Below are positions 36,420 through 45,681 of a DNA stretch of 64,000 nt, piece after piece. Origin of the DNA: an uncultured Candidatus Micrarchaeota archaeon (lineage in GTDB: Archaea; Micrarchaeota; Micrarchaeia; Norongarragalinales; CAINOH01); the NCBI GenBank assembly GCA_903851445.1, contig CAINOH010000012.1, positions 8,353 through 72,352 of the forward strand, written 5' to 3'. Below the pieces are notes generated by a model. That model searched no databases. It was not told where the DNA came from and worked only from the letters and a program-made list of their open reading frames with translations. Positions within the stretch are counted from its first letter, which is position 1, and each line of letters begins with the position of its first letter. The position numbers and the translations under genes were made by a program.

Positions 36420-36454
36420 AACCTACAAAATTGTAGGTTAAATTTAACCTACAC
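36420..36454. promoter_or_regulatory. 20-bp palindrome AACCTACAA-AA-TTGTAGGTT plus a third AACCTACA half-site
   Basis: Palindrome at 36420..36439 and a direct copy at 36447..36454, immediately upstream of the AbrB-like gene start. Confidence 0.5.
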
Positions 36455-36663
36455 AAGGATTGGGCTCCCAAGGCAATAAAACGGTTGAGTTGGGTGGGTT
36501 GCCGGTGCAGGAAAACGAAGAGTTTAGCGGATGTTTAGAGCAAGTTGTATCCTTGCAATAAAAGGCAGCAAACCCACTAGCCTGTGCTTATGGCTAATAG
36601 AACTTGGAGACCCTTGAGAAACCGCCAGACGGCTACGCAAACCAAGGAATGCCAACCAATAAA

Positions 36664-36688
36664 TAGTAAAATTACTAAAAATAGTAAT
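36664..36688. promoter_or_regulatory. interleaved TAGTAA/TTACTA inverted repeats upstream of vapB
   Basis: TAGTAAAATTACTAAAAATAGTAAT ends 10 nt before the vapB ATG at 36699. Confidence 0.45.
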
Positions 36689-36698
36689 TGGTGATTGT

Positions 36699-36959
36699 AT
36701 GAATGTTGGCATCACAAAAGTGACAAGGAACTGGCAGATTACGCTGCCGTGCAACATACGCGCGGGAATCGACCAAGGCGCGGAACTAGTCATCGTCAGG
36801 GACGATGCGGGCATCAAGATTTTGACGCCTGAAAGCCTTGAGGACGTCTTCAAGGCAGGATCAAGGATAGCAAGGAAAGAAAAAATCACGCGAAAGGAAC
36901 TTGAAAAGAGGATGGATGACGCCAAGAAAATCACTTACGCAGAGTACAAAAGAAGGTGA
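36699..36959 (+). CDS. vapB: AbrB/MazE-family antitoxin (VapB-like)
   Basis: MNVGITKVTRNWQITLPCNIRAGIDQGAELVIV is the SpoVT/AbrB signature. It lies 9 nt upstream of a PIN gene. Confidence 0.75.
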   Translation: MNVGITKVTRNWQITLPCNIRAGIDQGAELVIVRDDAGIKILTPESLEDVFKAGSRIARKEKITRKELEKRMDDAKKITYAEYKRR

Positions 36960-36968
36960 CCGCAAGTA

Positions 36969-37382
36969 TTGAGGATGCTATTGGATACCAACGTTATCAT
37001 ATCCGCGCTTTTCTTTGAAGGCAACGAACGAAAGCTTTTGAACACGCTTTCAAGGAACGGCGGGCTGGTCCTTTCCGAAGCGGTCATACACGAGACGCGG
37101 TACGTTGCCGCAGGCTGGCCGGAAGGCAAGGAAACTGCCTCAAGATTCGAAGCAACCATCTCCAAAGAAACCATGATAATAGCAAAAAGCCAGGCCCAAC
37201 CGAATATGCGTCTTGCAGAGCCGCTTGTACGTGACAGAAAAGATGCGCCAATCCTTGCGGCATTCCTCGCATCCGGTGCGGACTACCTGGTGACAGGTGA
37301 CAAGGACTTGCTTTCGATTGGGAGGAAGGACGTAATCAACGCAAGGAAAGCCCTTGAAATCCTTTCCAAGACAGCCAAATAA
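36969..37382 (+). CDS. vapC: PIN-domain ribonuclease toxin
   Basis: MLLDTNVIISALFF...E...D...LVTGDKDLL carries the PIN acidic residues. Confidence 0.8.
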   Translation: MRMLLDTNVIISALFFEGNERKLLNTLSRNGGLVLSEAVIHETRYVAAGWPEGKETASRFEATISKETMIIAKSQAQPNMRLAEPLVRDRKDAPILAAFLASGADYLVTGDKDLLSIGRKDVINARKALEILSKTAK

Positions 37383-37407
37383 ATACCCTGAAACCCAACT
37401 CATTCCT

Positions 37408-38106
37408 ATGTCAGACTTTGACCTTTCAAGGCTGCTCGAGACGCTTTCGGGCCGCAAGAAGCCGGTTGTGCACGAGCTCAAGTGGAAGATTCCCGAGAGC
37501 CGCTCCTCTGCGCCGCTTGAGGATGCCGAGACTGCTGTTGCCCAGCTACGCAAGCTCTGCGCGTTCAAGTCCGGCGGCGAGTATTACGACTCGGTTTACA
37601 CCAAGGAGTACGGCGACGGCGTGTTCGCGTACTTTCTCGTCAGGACGGACAAGCGCACCGAGAAGGAGACCCTGGTCTTTGACGGCTATATGGTGCAGGA
37701 GGAGGACGAAAAGCTCGGCTTCGACCTCGAGACGGGTTTTGAGATGATGAAGAACCTCGCCTCGATGGGCTACAAGCAGGAGTTTGCACGCGAAGTCACC
37801 GAATGGCACTTCTCGTATCACTTGCTCTCAGTCAGCGTCTTTGACATCGTGGACTTCGGCGCGTTCGTCCAGGTTTCGATGCCCGCAACCAAGATTGAAG
37901 GCACGCGCAGGCTTGCCGAGAAGTCCCTTGACGCGTTCTTTGCCAAGATGAAGGTGCAAAAGCGCGACATCATCCCGACCGACGTAATCACCCTGCAGGT
38001 GATGCTTGGCCGCCAGGCCGCCGAGGACCAGAAGCAGAAGGTCCCGAAGATCGGGATGAAGACCGAGCTGAAGAAGTCCTCGGCTGACGCGAAGTCCTTG
38101 TTCTAG
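37408..38106 (+). CDS. CYTH-like domain protein (class IV adenylate cyclase / triphosphatase fold)
   Basis: From the ATG at 37408. VSVFDIVDFGAFVQVSMP resembles the v.lD.V.gLG.FvEiE motif of CYTH proteins. Lys-rich tail. Confidence 0.5.
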   Translation: MSDFDLSRLLETLSGRKKPVVHELKWKIPESRSSAPLEDAETAVAQLRKLCAFKSGGEYYDSVYTKEYGDGVFAYFLVRTDKRTEKETLVFDGYMVQEEDEKLGFDLETGFEMMKNLASMGYKQEFAREVTEWHFSYHLLSVSVFDIVDFGAFVQVSMPATKIEGTRRLAEKSLDAFFAKMKVQKRDIIPTDVITLQVMLGRQAAEDQKQKVPKIGMKTELKKSSADAKSLF

Positions 38107-38199
38107 CGCACGCTGGCTGGAAATTAGATAAAAAAATTGAAAAAAAAGAATTAGTGGAAAAAAGGCCGCTGAAAAAAGAATTCCTAGACGAAAGAAAAA

Positions 38200-38340
38200 T
38201 TATTCCTCTTCGTCGTCCATGTCGTCCGAGTCGTCGTCTTCCCACTCCTCGTCCTCATCGTCTTCCCATTCCTCTTCCTTGAAGTCCTCGTCTTCCTTTT
38301 CCTTCTTTCTCTTTACCAATAGGATAGCTGGCACGTACAT
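38200..38340 (-). CDS. possible 46-aa protein with an extreme acidic tail
   Basis: MYVPAILLVKRKKEKEDEDFKEEEWEDDEDEEWEDDDSDDMDDEEE. Supported only by ORF integrity and low-complexity composition. Confidence 0.25.
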   Translation of the reverse strand: MYVPAILLVKRKKEKEDEDFKEEEWEDDEDEEWEDDDSDDMDDEEE

Positions 38341-38492
38341 CTGGATAACCTCTGCATTGGTTGCACAGCGCCCTTGTTTTCTCCAAGAGGCACTTAAGTG
38401 GGATATTTGCGTCCGGGATTGTTCCCCCGAAAGCATATTGTATAGCGACAACTGCTTTATAAACATTTTTGGAAAGATGGAAAAAGCGAAAA

Positions 38493-39056
38493 CTACAGCC
38501 GACCAAGGTACCCGAACTCTTTCGAGACCAAAAGCTCGGCCCAGTTCACAAAATCAGACTTCTTGGACTCGACTCGCGCAAGTATTTCCTTTGCCGAAAG
38601 GTTCTTGGAATTGTCAATCTGAACTATCTTGCTTCGAGGGTAGTTCATCTCGGATAATGCCTGACAGTAGTCAAGAAGCTCGCAAAGCAGGTTGTCGTCG
38701 GTCTTTGCCTTCGGGTACTTACGCTCGTGGTACCTGCCAACCAGAACGTGCGGGTGGCAACGCAGCACAACAACTGCGTCGCAGGGAATTTCGAACTCGC
38801 ACGCAAGGTGGCCTTCCACGACATAGCCGTCCTTGAGGCTAGCGAGGTGCTTTGAAAGTTCAACTCCGACCGTCTTTATGTCCACAGTTTTTTCCTGTTC
38901 GCCGGGTTTTACTGTAAAGTAGCCGTTTGAGACTGCGAAGTCGTTGATGCTTACAACCGGGACGCCTAGTTCTTTTGCAATCTGCGCAGCAAGAGTGGTC
39001 TTTCCCACGCAGGGAGTGCCAGTGATGACAATCCTTTTTGTTGTCAAGGCACTCAC
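38493..39056 (-). CDS. Fap7/AK6-like adenylate kinase (ribosome biogenesis NTPase)
   Basis: A GTG at 39056 lies just after the upstream stop. (M)SALTTKRIVITGTPCVGKTTLA has a P-loop. About 187 aa. The track start at 39149 would overlap aCPSF1. Confidence 0.75.
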   Translation of the reverse strand: MSALTTKRIVITGTPCVGKTTLAAQIAKELGVPVVSINDFAVSNGYFTVKPGEQEKTVDIKTVGVELSKHLASLKDGYVVEGHLACEFEIPCDAVVVLRCHPHVLVGRYHERKYPKAKTDDNLLCELLDYCQALSEMNYPRSKIVQIDNSKNLSAKEILARVESKKSDFVNWAELLVSKEFGYLGRL

Positions 39057-39061
39057 TACCC

Positions 39062-40969
39062 CTATTTGAGCCGGATGCTGTCCAGGTTCATTGGGGCACG
39101 CGTCTCGATGTGCATCATGCGGTTTACTGTGCGTGCCAGGTCGTCGCACTTGTTCTCGTCGCCGTGGCCCATGAATATGCGGCCGGGCTTTGGCCGCAGG
39201 CTGCGCACGTATGAAAGAAGCTGCGACCGGTCGGAGTGCCCCGAGAACCCGTCCACGGTGTGCACCGAGAGGTTGAGCTTGGTGATGTCGACTTTGTTTG
39301 CCGAGTTGAGCACTGGAATGTCGCGCTCGCCGTTCTGTATGCGCCGTCCAAGGGACATTGCCGCCTGGTAGCCCACGAATATGAGCGCATTCTTGGGGTC
39401 GCCACCCATCAGGCGCAGGAATTCAACTGACGGGCCGCCCGAGAGCATCCCCGAAGGCGCGAGCACGATGCAGGGCTCCTCGCTCTCGGCAATGGATTGC
39501 CGCTCGCCAGACACCACGTGGTTGAACATGTCGTGGTCAAAAGGCGAGTCGTTCTGCAGGATGCGGCGCTGGATGTTGCGGCGAAGGTACTCAGGGTAAA
39601 CCGTGTGGATTGCCGAGGCTTCCTTGCTCATCCCGTCCATGTATATCGGAGTGCTGTCGTTCCGGAAGTACTCCTCAAGCACGAGTATTATTTCCTGCGC
39701 GCGGCCGACCGAGATTACGGGGATGAGCACCTTGCCCTTGCGCTGGATGACCTCGCGGATGGTGGATGCCAGGCGCGACTCGGTCTCCTCAAGCCGGGGC
39801 TTGATGTCGTTCTTCCCGCCGTAAGTGGACTCCATTATGAGCGTCTCGATGCGCGGGAAGCGCACTTCAGCAGCGTCAAGCAGGCGGTTCTTGCCGAACT
39901 TCATGTCACCAGTGACCACCAGGTTGTGGAGCCCCTCGCCGATGTGGAGGTGCACTGTTGCCGAGCCCAGGATGTGCCCCGCGTTGTAGAAAGTGAAGCG
40001 TATGTCCGGCGTGACGTCGGTGACTTCGCCGTAGTTGCGCACAATCGTGTGGTTGAGCTGCTTTTTGATGTCCCTCTCGCCGTAGGGCGAGCCCTTTCCT
40101 TCGCTTGTAAGCACCTTGATTGAGTCCTGCTGGAGCAGCACCATCAGGTCGCGCGTTGGAGGCGTGCAATAGACCGGGCCTTCGTAGCCGTAGGCGTACA
40201 AGTATGGGATGAACCCCGAGTGGTCCAGATGGGCGTGCGTGCAGATGACCGCGTCAATCTGCTCGAGCGCCATGTTCATCGATGAAAGGTAAGGGTAGGC
40301 GCGGGCCGGGTCGGAAGTGTCCGGGTTCAGGCCGCAGTCTATGATGACGTTGCTCTTCGGAGTCTGGAGCAGCATACAGCTGCGGCCGACTTCCTTGAAC
40401 CCGCCAAGCGCGGTGACCTTGATCCAGTCAACTGGCGCTGCCGGCCCCGAGAGCGTGAGCTTCTTTCCAAGCTCGTTGAGGAACTTCTTCCGTTCCTCCG
40501 AGTTCTTTATCATCGAGGAGCGTATTGCGCGCTCGATTTCAGAGGCGGAGGTTGGCGCGCGGAGCACCTTGGGGCTCCAGCCGGTCTCGAGTATGATTTG
40601 CTTGAGGACGCACCCGCCCTTCCCGATTACCAGGCCGGGCTTGAGCGCCTCGATGTCCACTTCGTTGAACGCGGTGTCGAAGACCACGTTTGTAATCTTC
40701 GCCTCAGCAGGGATGAAGGACTTTATCATCTCAAGGGCCTTCTCCTGCGGCAGGAGGGACGTCGAGTCCGAGCGCAGCACCACTTTCTTGCGTATCTTCG
40801 CCGCGATGCGCGTAATCAGGTTGGAGTCGTTGTAGAACGCCTTGATGCTCTTGAGGTAGAGGACCACCTGGGGGCCTTCGACCTCGACTTTGGTAAGCTC
40901 GCACTCTGCGGGCAGGACTTGGAGTATGCTGTCCTGCAATTCGCGCAGGCTTGAAGAACCGGTTGACAT
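39062..40969 (-). CDS. aCPSF1-type beta-CASP ribonuclease (two KH domains plus metallo-beta-lactamase)
   Basis: KH motif VIGKGGCVLKQI, MBL motif HAHLDHSG and a beta-CASP C-terminal region. The ATG at 40969 or 40984 is preferred to 41023. Confidence 0.9.
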   Translation of the reverse strand: MSTGSSSLRELQDSILQVLPAECELTKVEVEGPQVVLYLKSIKAFYNDSNLITRIAAKIRKKVVLRSDSTSLLPQEKALEMIKSFIPAEAKITNVVFDTAFNEVDIEALKPGLVIGKGGCVLKQIILETGWSPKVLRAPTSASEIERAIRSSMIKNSEERKKFLNELGKKLTLSGPAAPVDWIKVTALGGFKEVGRSCMLLQTPKSNVIIDCGLNPDTSDPARAYPYLSSMNMALEQIDAVICTHAHLDHSGFIPYLYAYGYEGPVYCTPPTRDLMVLLQQDSIKVLTSEGKGSPYGERDIKKQLNHTIVRNYGEVTDVTPDIRFTFYNAGHILGSATVHLHIGEGLHNLVVTGDMKFGKNRLLDAAEVRFPRIETLIMESTYGGKNDIKPRLEETESRLASTIREVIQRKGKVLIPVISVGRAQEIILVLEEYFRNDSTPIYMDGMSKEASAIHTVYPEYLRRNIQRRILQNDSPFDHDMFNHVVSGERQSIAESEEPCIVLAPSGMLSGGPSVEFLRLMGGDPKNALIFVGYQAAMSLGRRIQNGERDIPVLNSANKVDITKLNLSVHTVDGFSGHSDRSQLLSYVRSLRPKPGRIFMGHGDENKCDDLARTVNRMMHIETRAPMNLDSIRLK

Positions 40970-41176
40970 TAAAAAATTCACCATCTTTGGTCTGTTGATT
41001 GAATTATAGGCAAACGACTCCAAAACACGCCGGCTTATCGCCGTGCTGCAAGAGACTATTCTGCCTATCGGGGTTTTGACTTTGGTTGTTTGAACTGATT
41101 AACTGGGGGTGCTTGTTCCCAATTACTACGCCCTTGGGGACCCAAAATCCGCAAGGGCCTAAGCCCCATTGTCTTC

Positions 41177-41794
41177 CTAGGCAATCATTGCCTTTACGTC
41201 AGCAGGCGCGTAGAACTTTGTCGAGTCCTTGGTGATGACAAGGACGTCCACGCCCTCACCTGTTGCGGAATCGCGCCTCATTGCCGCTGACACCGCCCTT
41301 GCCGCGACCCTCGCAGCCTCTTCCTGGCTCATGTCCTTCCGGAAGTCCTCGTCAAGGACGCCGTAGGCGACCACGCTTCCGGAGCCTGTTGAGACGTAAC
41401 TCTCTTCAAGCAGGCCGCCGAACGGGTCGAGGTCGTAGAGCTTGGGCTTGGTGTCAACGCCCGCGATAATCATCTGCACGTAATACGGGAAGTACTTGCT
41501 TCCCTGGAGGATGTTCGAAAGGAGTGTCGCAGCGCCCTGCACGGTCATCGGCGCGCGCCTTCCGTGGCGGTAAAGCTCGAGTTCCGCGCGAAGAAGCCTT
41601 GCAAGCTGCTGTGCATCGCCTACTCCGCCGGCCATTGTGAGCGCCATGCGGTCTGCAATCAGGTGGATCTTCTGGACTTCCTTTGCTGCGATGAAGGTGC
41701 CCATTGTGGCGCGCTTGTCAGCAGCGAGGACCACTCCCTTGTCGAAGACTATTCCAACTGTCGTAGTGCCCTTGAGGGGCTTTGGTTCGTCCAT
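41177..41794 (-). CDS. psmB: proteasome beta subunit
   Basis: Propeptide followed by GTTTVGIVFDKGVVLAADKRAT (catalytic Thr). Confidence 0.92.
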   Translation of the reverse strand: MDEPKPLKGTTTVGIVFDKGVVLAADKRATMGTFIAAKEVQKIHLIADRMALTMAGGVGDAQQLARLLRAELELYRHGRRAPMTVQGAATLLSNILQGSKYFPYYVQMIIAGVDTKPKLYDLDPFGGLLEESYVSTGSGSVVAYGVLDEDFRKDMSQEEAARVAARAVSAAMRRDSATGEGVDVLVITKDSTKFYAPADVKAMIA

Positions 41795-41952
41795 AGAAAA
41801 CTACCTTCCAGGAATTTGAACACGATACAAGACGGTACCGACCCAAGCGGTAAACTCTAAACTATAGCCTTGCGGGTATAAGGATTGCAAACAATGTAAC
41901 CCAAACAAAATTTAAAAGGGTGTTGGTAAGAGGCGCAAGCGCAATCTGGCGC

Positions 41953-42675
41953 TCAGGCCTTCTTTTCTCCTGCCGAGTCTGGTGCGTATTCCTCCTCGAC
42001 TACGAACTTCTTCACGCCATCAACGTACTGGAGCGCCATTGACACGAAAGTGACCTTGTTCATCGTGTAGGTGGAATCCTTGCGGATGTTTGTCGCCACC
42101 TTGAGCGTTGCAACGCCGGTTGCCGCATCGAATGATACTGCGCCGGTCATGCCGGTGACCCCCTCCAAAAGGAGCGGGAGCTTCTCAGCTGCTGTTGATG
42201 CGCACTTTGTGACTGTGAAGTCGTACTGCAGGTCCTCGCCTGCAAGGGGCTCGTTGAAGTCCACCTTGACGCGGCCGGCCTCAACTGTCTTGACTACTCC
42301 GCGGAGCCCGCCGTCAAGCTCAAGGGGCATTCCAGGGTACGGCTGGATTTCGCGCTTTCTGAATTCTCCTATTGGGATGAGCTTGATTCGCGAGGCGTCC
42401 CTCGGGCCGAAGGCCTTGTCCTGCGGAATCTTGATTGAAGTCTTCTTTCCGACCTCCGCGCCCACGATTGCATCGTCAAGGCCCTTGATGGTCTGGCCCT
42501 TTCCTGCTACAATCATCATTGGCTTGTACTCGTGCACGTGGCCGGGCTCGTCGTGGCCCTCGTGGAGGTGCGCCTTCTCGCCATCGGCCTTTATTGAGGT
42601 CGCAAAGACCTCGCCGCTTGACAGCTTGCCTGTGAAATCAACGAAAACCACGTCGCCTGCCTTGACTGAAACCAT
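41953..42675 (-). CDS. FKBP-type peptidyl-prolyl isomerase (long form with IF insert and C-terminal domain)
   Basis: GDVVFVDFTGKL..GEVF...GKGQTIKGLDDAIVG...FGPRD. Confidence 0.9.
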   Translation of the reverse strand: MVSVKAGDVVFVDFTGKLSSGEVFATSIKADGEKAHLHEGHDEPGHVHEYKPMMIVAGKGQTIKGLDDAIVGAEVGKKTSIKIPQDKAFGPRDASRIKLIPIGEFRKREIQPYPGMPLELDGGLRGVVKTVEAGRVKVDFNEPLAGEDLQYDFTVTKCASTAAEKLPLLLEGVTGMTGAVSFDAATGVATLKVATNIRKDSTYTMNKVTFVSMALQYVDGVKKFVVEEEYAPDSAGEKKA

Positions 42676-42899
42676 AGCAAATAGTCACCTTTATTGGATA
42701 AACCCAGTCGCGCTCCCCCCGTGCCTATGTGCTGGAGTCTTTCGGACAATTAGGCGACGGGCTGCGCTTTTTCGAGCGTTAATTATTAGGCCACAAAGGC
42801 AATAAAAACCAGTATATAGCATATAGGGTAACAGGCGCCATTGGCAGCTTAACACTTGGACGGCCAAGCGCCAAAGCGCATTTCCAAAGGTGGGGAATT

Positions 42900-44078
42900 T
42901 TGAACAAGCAGGATATCTTGCGGTATCTGACCATATTCATAATCATAGCGTTCGTTGGCGAAATATTCATCCTCGGCTTCCGAAGCGGAGGCGAAGTTGC
43001 GACGCCCACGCCCGTTGCATCAACGCGCACGTTCGCAGGAACCGGCGACGCGGCAATCAAGGTCACCAAGCTTACGAACCAGTTTCTGGTTGAATGCAAC
43101 ACTACTGACGAGACCGTCCTTGACAGGGTCAGGAACATTGCCGGAGTGGAATCCGCAACCTACGAGACCGCCGGAATCGTGTTCGCCACCACACCAGTGC
43201 TTGAAAACGAGACAGCAATAGTCACTGCCAACGTGGCGACTGTACTTGAGGACTCCTGCGAGGGTTTTGCATTCTATCGGCTTGCCTATGTGCTGCCGCA
43301 GAACAACGTCTCACTTACTGGCACGCAAAAGACCGGCAACGTCACAGTCAACACCACCGTGACAATAACCAACTACACGCTCCTGTCGTACTCCCAGCTC
43401 GTGTCCTCGCCAGGCGTGCAGGCGCTTGTGGACTACCGCACCAGCCTAAACTCAACGCCAACAGCCAAGTTCTCGGTCGAGACTTTGAATGGCATCACCC
43501 GCAAGGCGCAGGCAAAGGAAATCCTGTCCTCGCCCCAGGCGGCATTTTCGGAAGGAATCGGGATGATTAAAGGCCAGGTCACACAAATAGTCCCTCGGCT
43601 ACTGGTCAAGTGCGCTCCGGCAGAGAATTACACTTCCGAAAACATTTCGTCCGTGTTTTCTGCTCTGAACCTGATTGAAAATCAGACCGCTCCTGACATG
43701 TACGTGGTCCAATACAACCAGAGTATCGCCACTGCCAACGAGACCGCCTCCGTGATTTTGGACTCGCTGAAAATCTGCGCCACTCCGGTGCACGTCTTCC
43801 AGATTGGCCTTGTGACGCCCCAGAACGGCAGCACTTGCGCGAAAATATCCACTTACGACTATTCCGACCGCACCGAGTTTGAAGGCGCGGGACTTTCCGG
43901 AAATGAATGCAAAAACCTGACTTTCCGCAAGCTCGACTCCTACGCTTTGGAGCAGGGCGCCGAAGGCATAATCACGGCCCTTGACGTCAACTCTGCAGTG
44001 AACGAGACAGTCCAGGCGCAAATCACCGCCTCGACCCGGAACGGCTACGTCACAAGCGCAATCGCACAGGAAGGCTAG
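42900..44078 (+). CDS. N-terminally anchored extracytoplasmic protein, function unknown
   Basis: TTG start, one TM helix (LTIFIIIAFVGEIFILGF) and at least 12 NxS/T sequons. Confidence 0.55.
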   Translation: MNKQDILRYLTIFIIIAFVGEIFILGFRSGGEVATPTPVASTRTFAGTGDAAIKVTKLTNQFLVECNTTDETVLDRVRNIAGVESATYETAGIVFATTPVLENETAIVTANVATVLEDSCEGFAFYRLAYVLPQNNVSLTGTQKTGNVTVNTTVTITNYTLLSYSQLVSSPGVQALVDYRTSLNSTPTAKFSVETLNGITRKAQAKEILSSPQAAFSEGIGMIKGQVTQIVPRLLVKCAPAENYTSENISSVFSALNLIENQTAPDMYVVQYNQSIATANETASVILDSLKICATPVHVFQIGLVTPQNGSTCAKISTYDYSDRTEFEGAGLSGNECKNLTFRKLDSYALEQGAEGIITALDVNSAVNETVQAQITASTRNGYVTSAIAQEG

Positions 44079-44204
44079 CAGTCGAAAGCCACCATAGGCG
44101 GCGGCTTTACGGAAAGTACGGGAGCCGAACCTGCGGAATTCGTATTCTTGCTTAACTTTTAGTTCAACTAGCGGTTAATATGCGGTTTTTCGCGTAACCG
44201 TCTT

Positions 44205-45113
44205 ATGGAAACCGCGTTTGTCCAGGCCCCTCTTGGCTTGCAAATAAACCGGCCCAACACCCCGACTGTTCTTGGCAGGGAGAAGGCCCAGCCGTTCTTC
44301 TACTCCGAGACGCCCCTCATCAAGTCCGGCGAGCACAACCTCAAGAACATAGTCATATCCGTCCTTTCCCGGCAGTGGCCGCTTTCCGCCAGGCGCGTTT
44401 TCAGGGAAGTGTGCTCCGACAACTTCCATATCACCTACCAGGGAGTGCACAAGGCGCTCCGCCAGCTCCGCGAGCAGGGAATGGTCCGCCGGACTGATGG
44501 AGGCCACCAGCTTGATGCGCAGTGGATTGACCAGCTTGAGGCTTATTCGGGCTTCCTCCGGGCCAACTACGCGATGGGCAAGAACACCGACTTCTACAGG
44601 ATGCCGCCAGGCGAATCCGCCTGCCTGTCCTTTGACAACTACTTCCAGGCGGTTTCCGCAATACTTGAGATTATGGGCCGCGAGCACGAAAAGCCCGGCA
44701 GGGACGACGTTTACCTCCAACTGTCCCACCCGTTCCCACTCCTTGGAATCCCTGCGCGCACGCTTGAGCGGCTGAAGCGCCACGCTAGGACGCACTCGTT
44801 CCGTGCGACCTACCACTCCGACTCGGCCTGCGATTCGGCCTTGTGCAGGATGTGGGAACAGGCGGGAGTTAAGGGGAAAATCAGCCGCAAGCACCAAGGC
44901 CGCGGCAACTACAATGTCCTGACCAGGGGCATGCTCATCCAAATCATGCCCTCGCCACAGTTTGCCCGCCGCGCCAACGCAATCCTCTCCAAAGGCGGCT
45001 CCGAAAGCCTGCTCGCATACACCCAGGCCAGCCTCGACCCCTCATCCAAGACCCTGGTGACAATCACCAAGAGCCCCGGGTTGGCGGACGAGATTAGGAA
45101 GGAAAAAAGGTGA
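44205..45113 (+). CDS. winged-helix protein with an uncharacterised C-terminal domain (paralog A)
   Basis: PLIKSGEHNLKNIVISVLSRQWPLSARRVFREV...ITYQGVHKALRQLREQGMV aligns by eye with the N-terminus of 45682..46575. Confidence 0.6.
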   Translation: METAFVQAPLGLQINRPNTPTVLGREKAQPFFYSETPLIKSGEHNLKNIVISVLSRQWPLSARRVFREVCSDNFHITYQGVHKALRQLREQGMVRRTDGGHQLDAQWIDQLEAYSGFLRANYAMGKNTDFYRMPPGESACLSFDNYFQAVSAILEIMGREHEKPGRDDVYLQLSHPFPLLGIPARTLERLKRHARTHSFRATYHSDSACDSALCRMWEQAGVKGKISRKHQGRGNYNVLTRGMLIQIMPSPQFARRANAILSKGGSESLLAYTQASLDPSSKTLVTITKSPGLADEIRKEKR

Positions 45114-45122
45114 AACTGCCTA

Positions 45123-45374
45123 ATGACACAAGATTATAATCCACGAATAGGCCAAATAATATCCGGGGATTTCATGTACGTCAACGACCTGAAAAAGGAC
45201 GCGGCCACTTCAATGCGAAAGGAGGCCCTGAGGCTTCGCAAGGACTACCTGGATTACGCTGAGGATATGCGCCTCTTTGCAGACCCCGACTTTTGGAAGG
45301 CGGTTGAACAAGTCGAATCGGGAAAAAACCGCAAGATGAGCCTCGCGGAACTCAAGAAGGAAATCGGACTGTAA
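45123..45374 (+). CDS. putative antitoxin of the RelE/ParE module
   Basis: 83-aa ORF 14 nt upstream of the RelE-like gene. The C-terminus MSLAELKKEIGL is typical of antitoxin tails. Confidence 0.5.
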   Translation: MTQDYNPRIGQIISGDFMYVNDLKKDAATSMRKEALRLRKDYLDYAEDMRLFADPDFWKAVEQVESGKNRKMSLAELKKEIGL

Positions 45375-45388
45375 GGTGAAAACCTGAG

Positions 45389-45640
45389 ATGCCCGAATTC
45401 ACTGCCGCGTATTCCGACCGTTTCATAAGCGACCTGAAAAAGCTCGACCGGCGACAGAAAACGCTTGTTTTCAACAGGATAGAAAAAATCCTCTCCAACC
45501 CCGAGCTTGGAAAACCGCTTCACGCCCCGCTCAACGGGTTCAAAAGCGAGCGGCTGGAGTGCTATAGGATAATCTACAAGCAGACCGGCACAACCATAGA
45601 ATTTGCCTGGCTGCAGCACCGCGACGAAGCATACCGATAG
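45389..45640 (+). CDS. relE: RelE/ParE-family toxin
   Basis: F..DLKKLD......I.......P..G.PL.....G....R...YRIIY.....I.F......R..AY pattern. Confidence 0.8.
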   Translation: MPEFTAAYSDRFISDLKKLDRRQKTLVFNRIEKILSNPELGKPLHAPLNGFKSERLECYRIIYKQTGTTIEFAWLQHRDEAYR

Positions 45641-45681
45641 CTTGACAACCAATAAGAACCTCCTTTTGCCTAGAAACATAC

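Noticed and set aside
38219-38836. 205-aa plus-strand ORF beginning with a poly-Ser stretch
   Set aside because: Its 5' part is the mirror of the acidic-tail mini-ORF and its 3' part is antisense to the Fap7-like kinase gene.
44175-44942. 255-aa minus-strand ORF
   Set aside because: It is antisense to wHTH paralog A. The plus-strand product is supported by its paralog at 45682..46575.
45100-45120. AAAAAGGTG shared near 45107 and 52896, considered as possible att-like direct repeats of the AT-rich island
   Set aside because: Only about 9-10 nt are shared and the string is purine-rich and low-complexity. It resembles a ribosome-binding or terminator context and is insufficient as evidence of site-specific integration.
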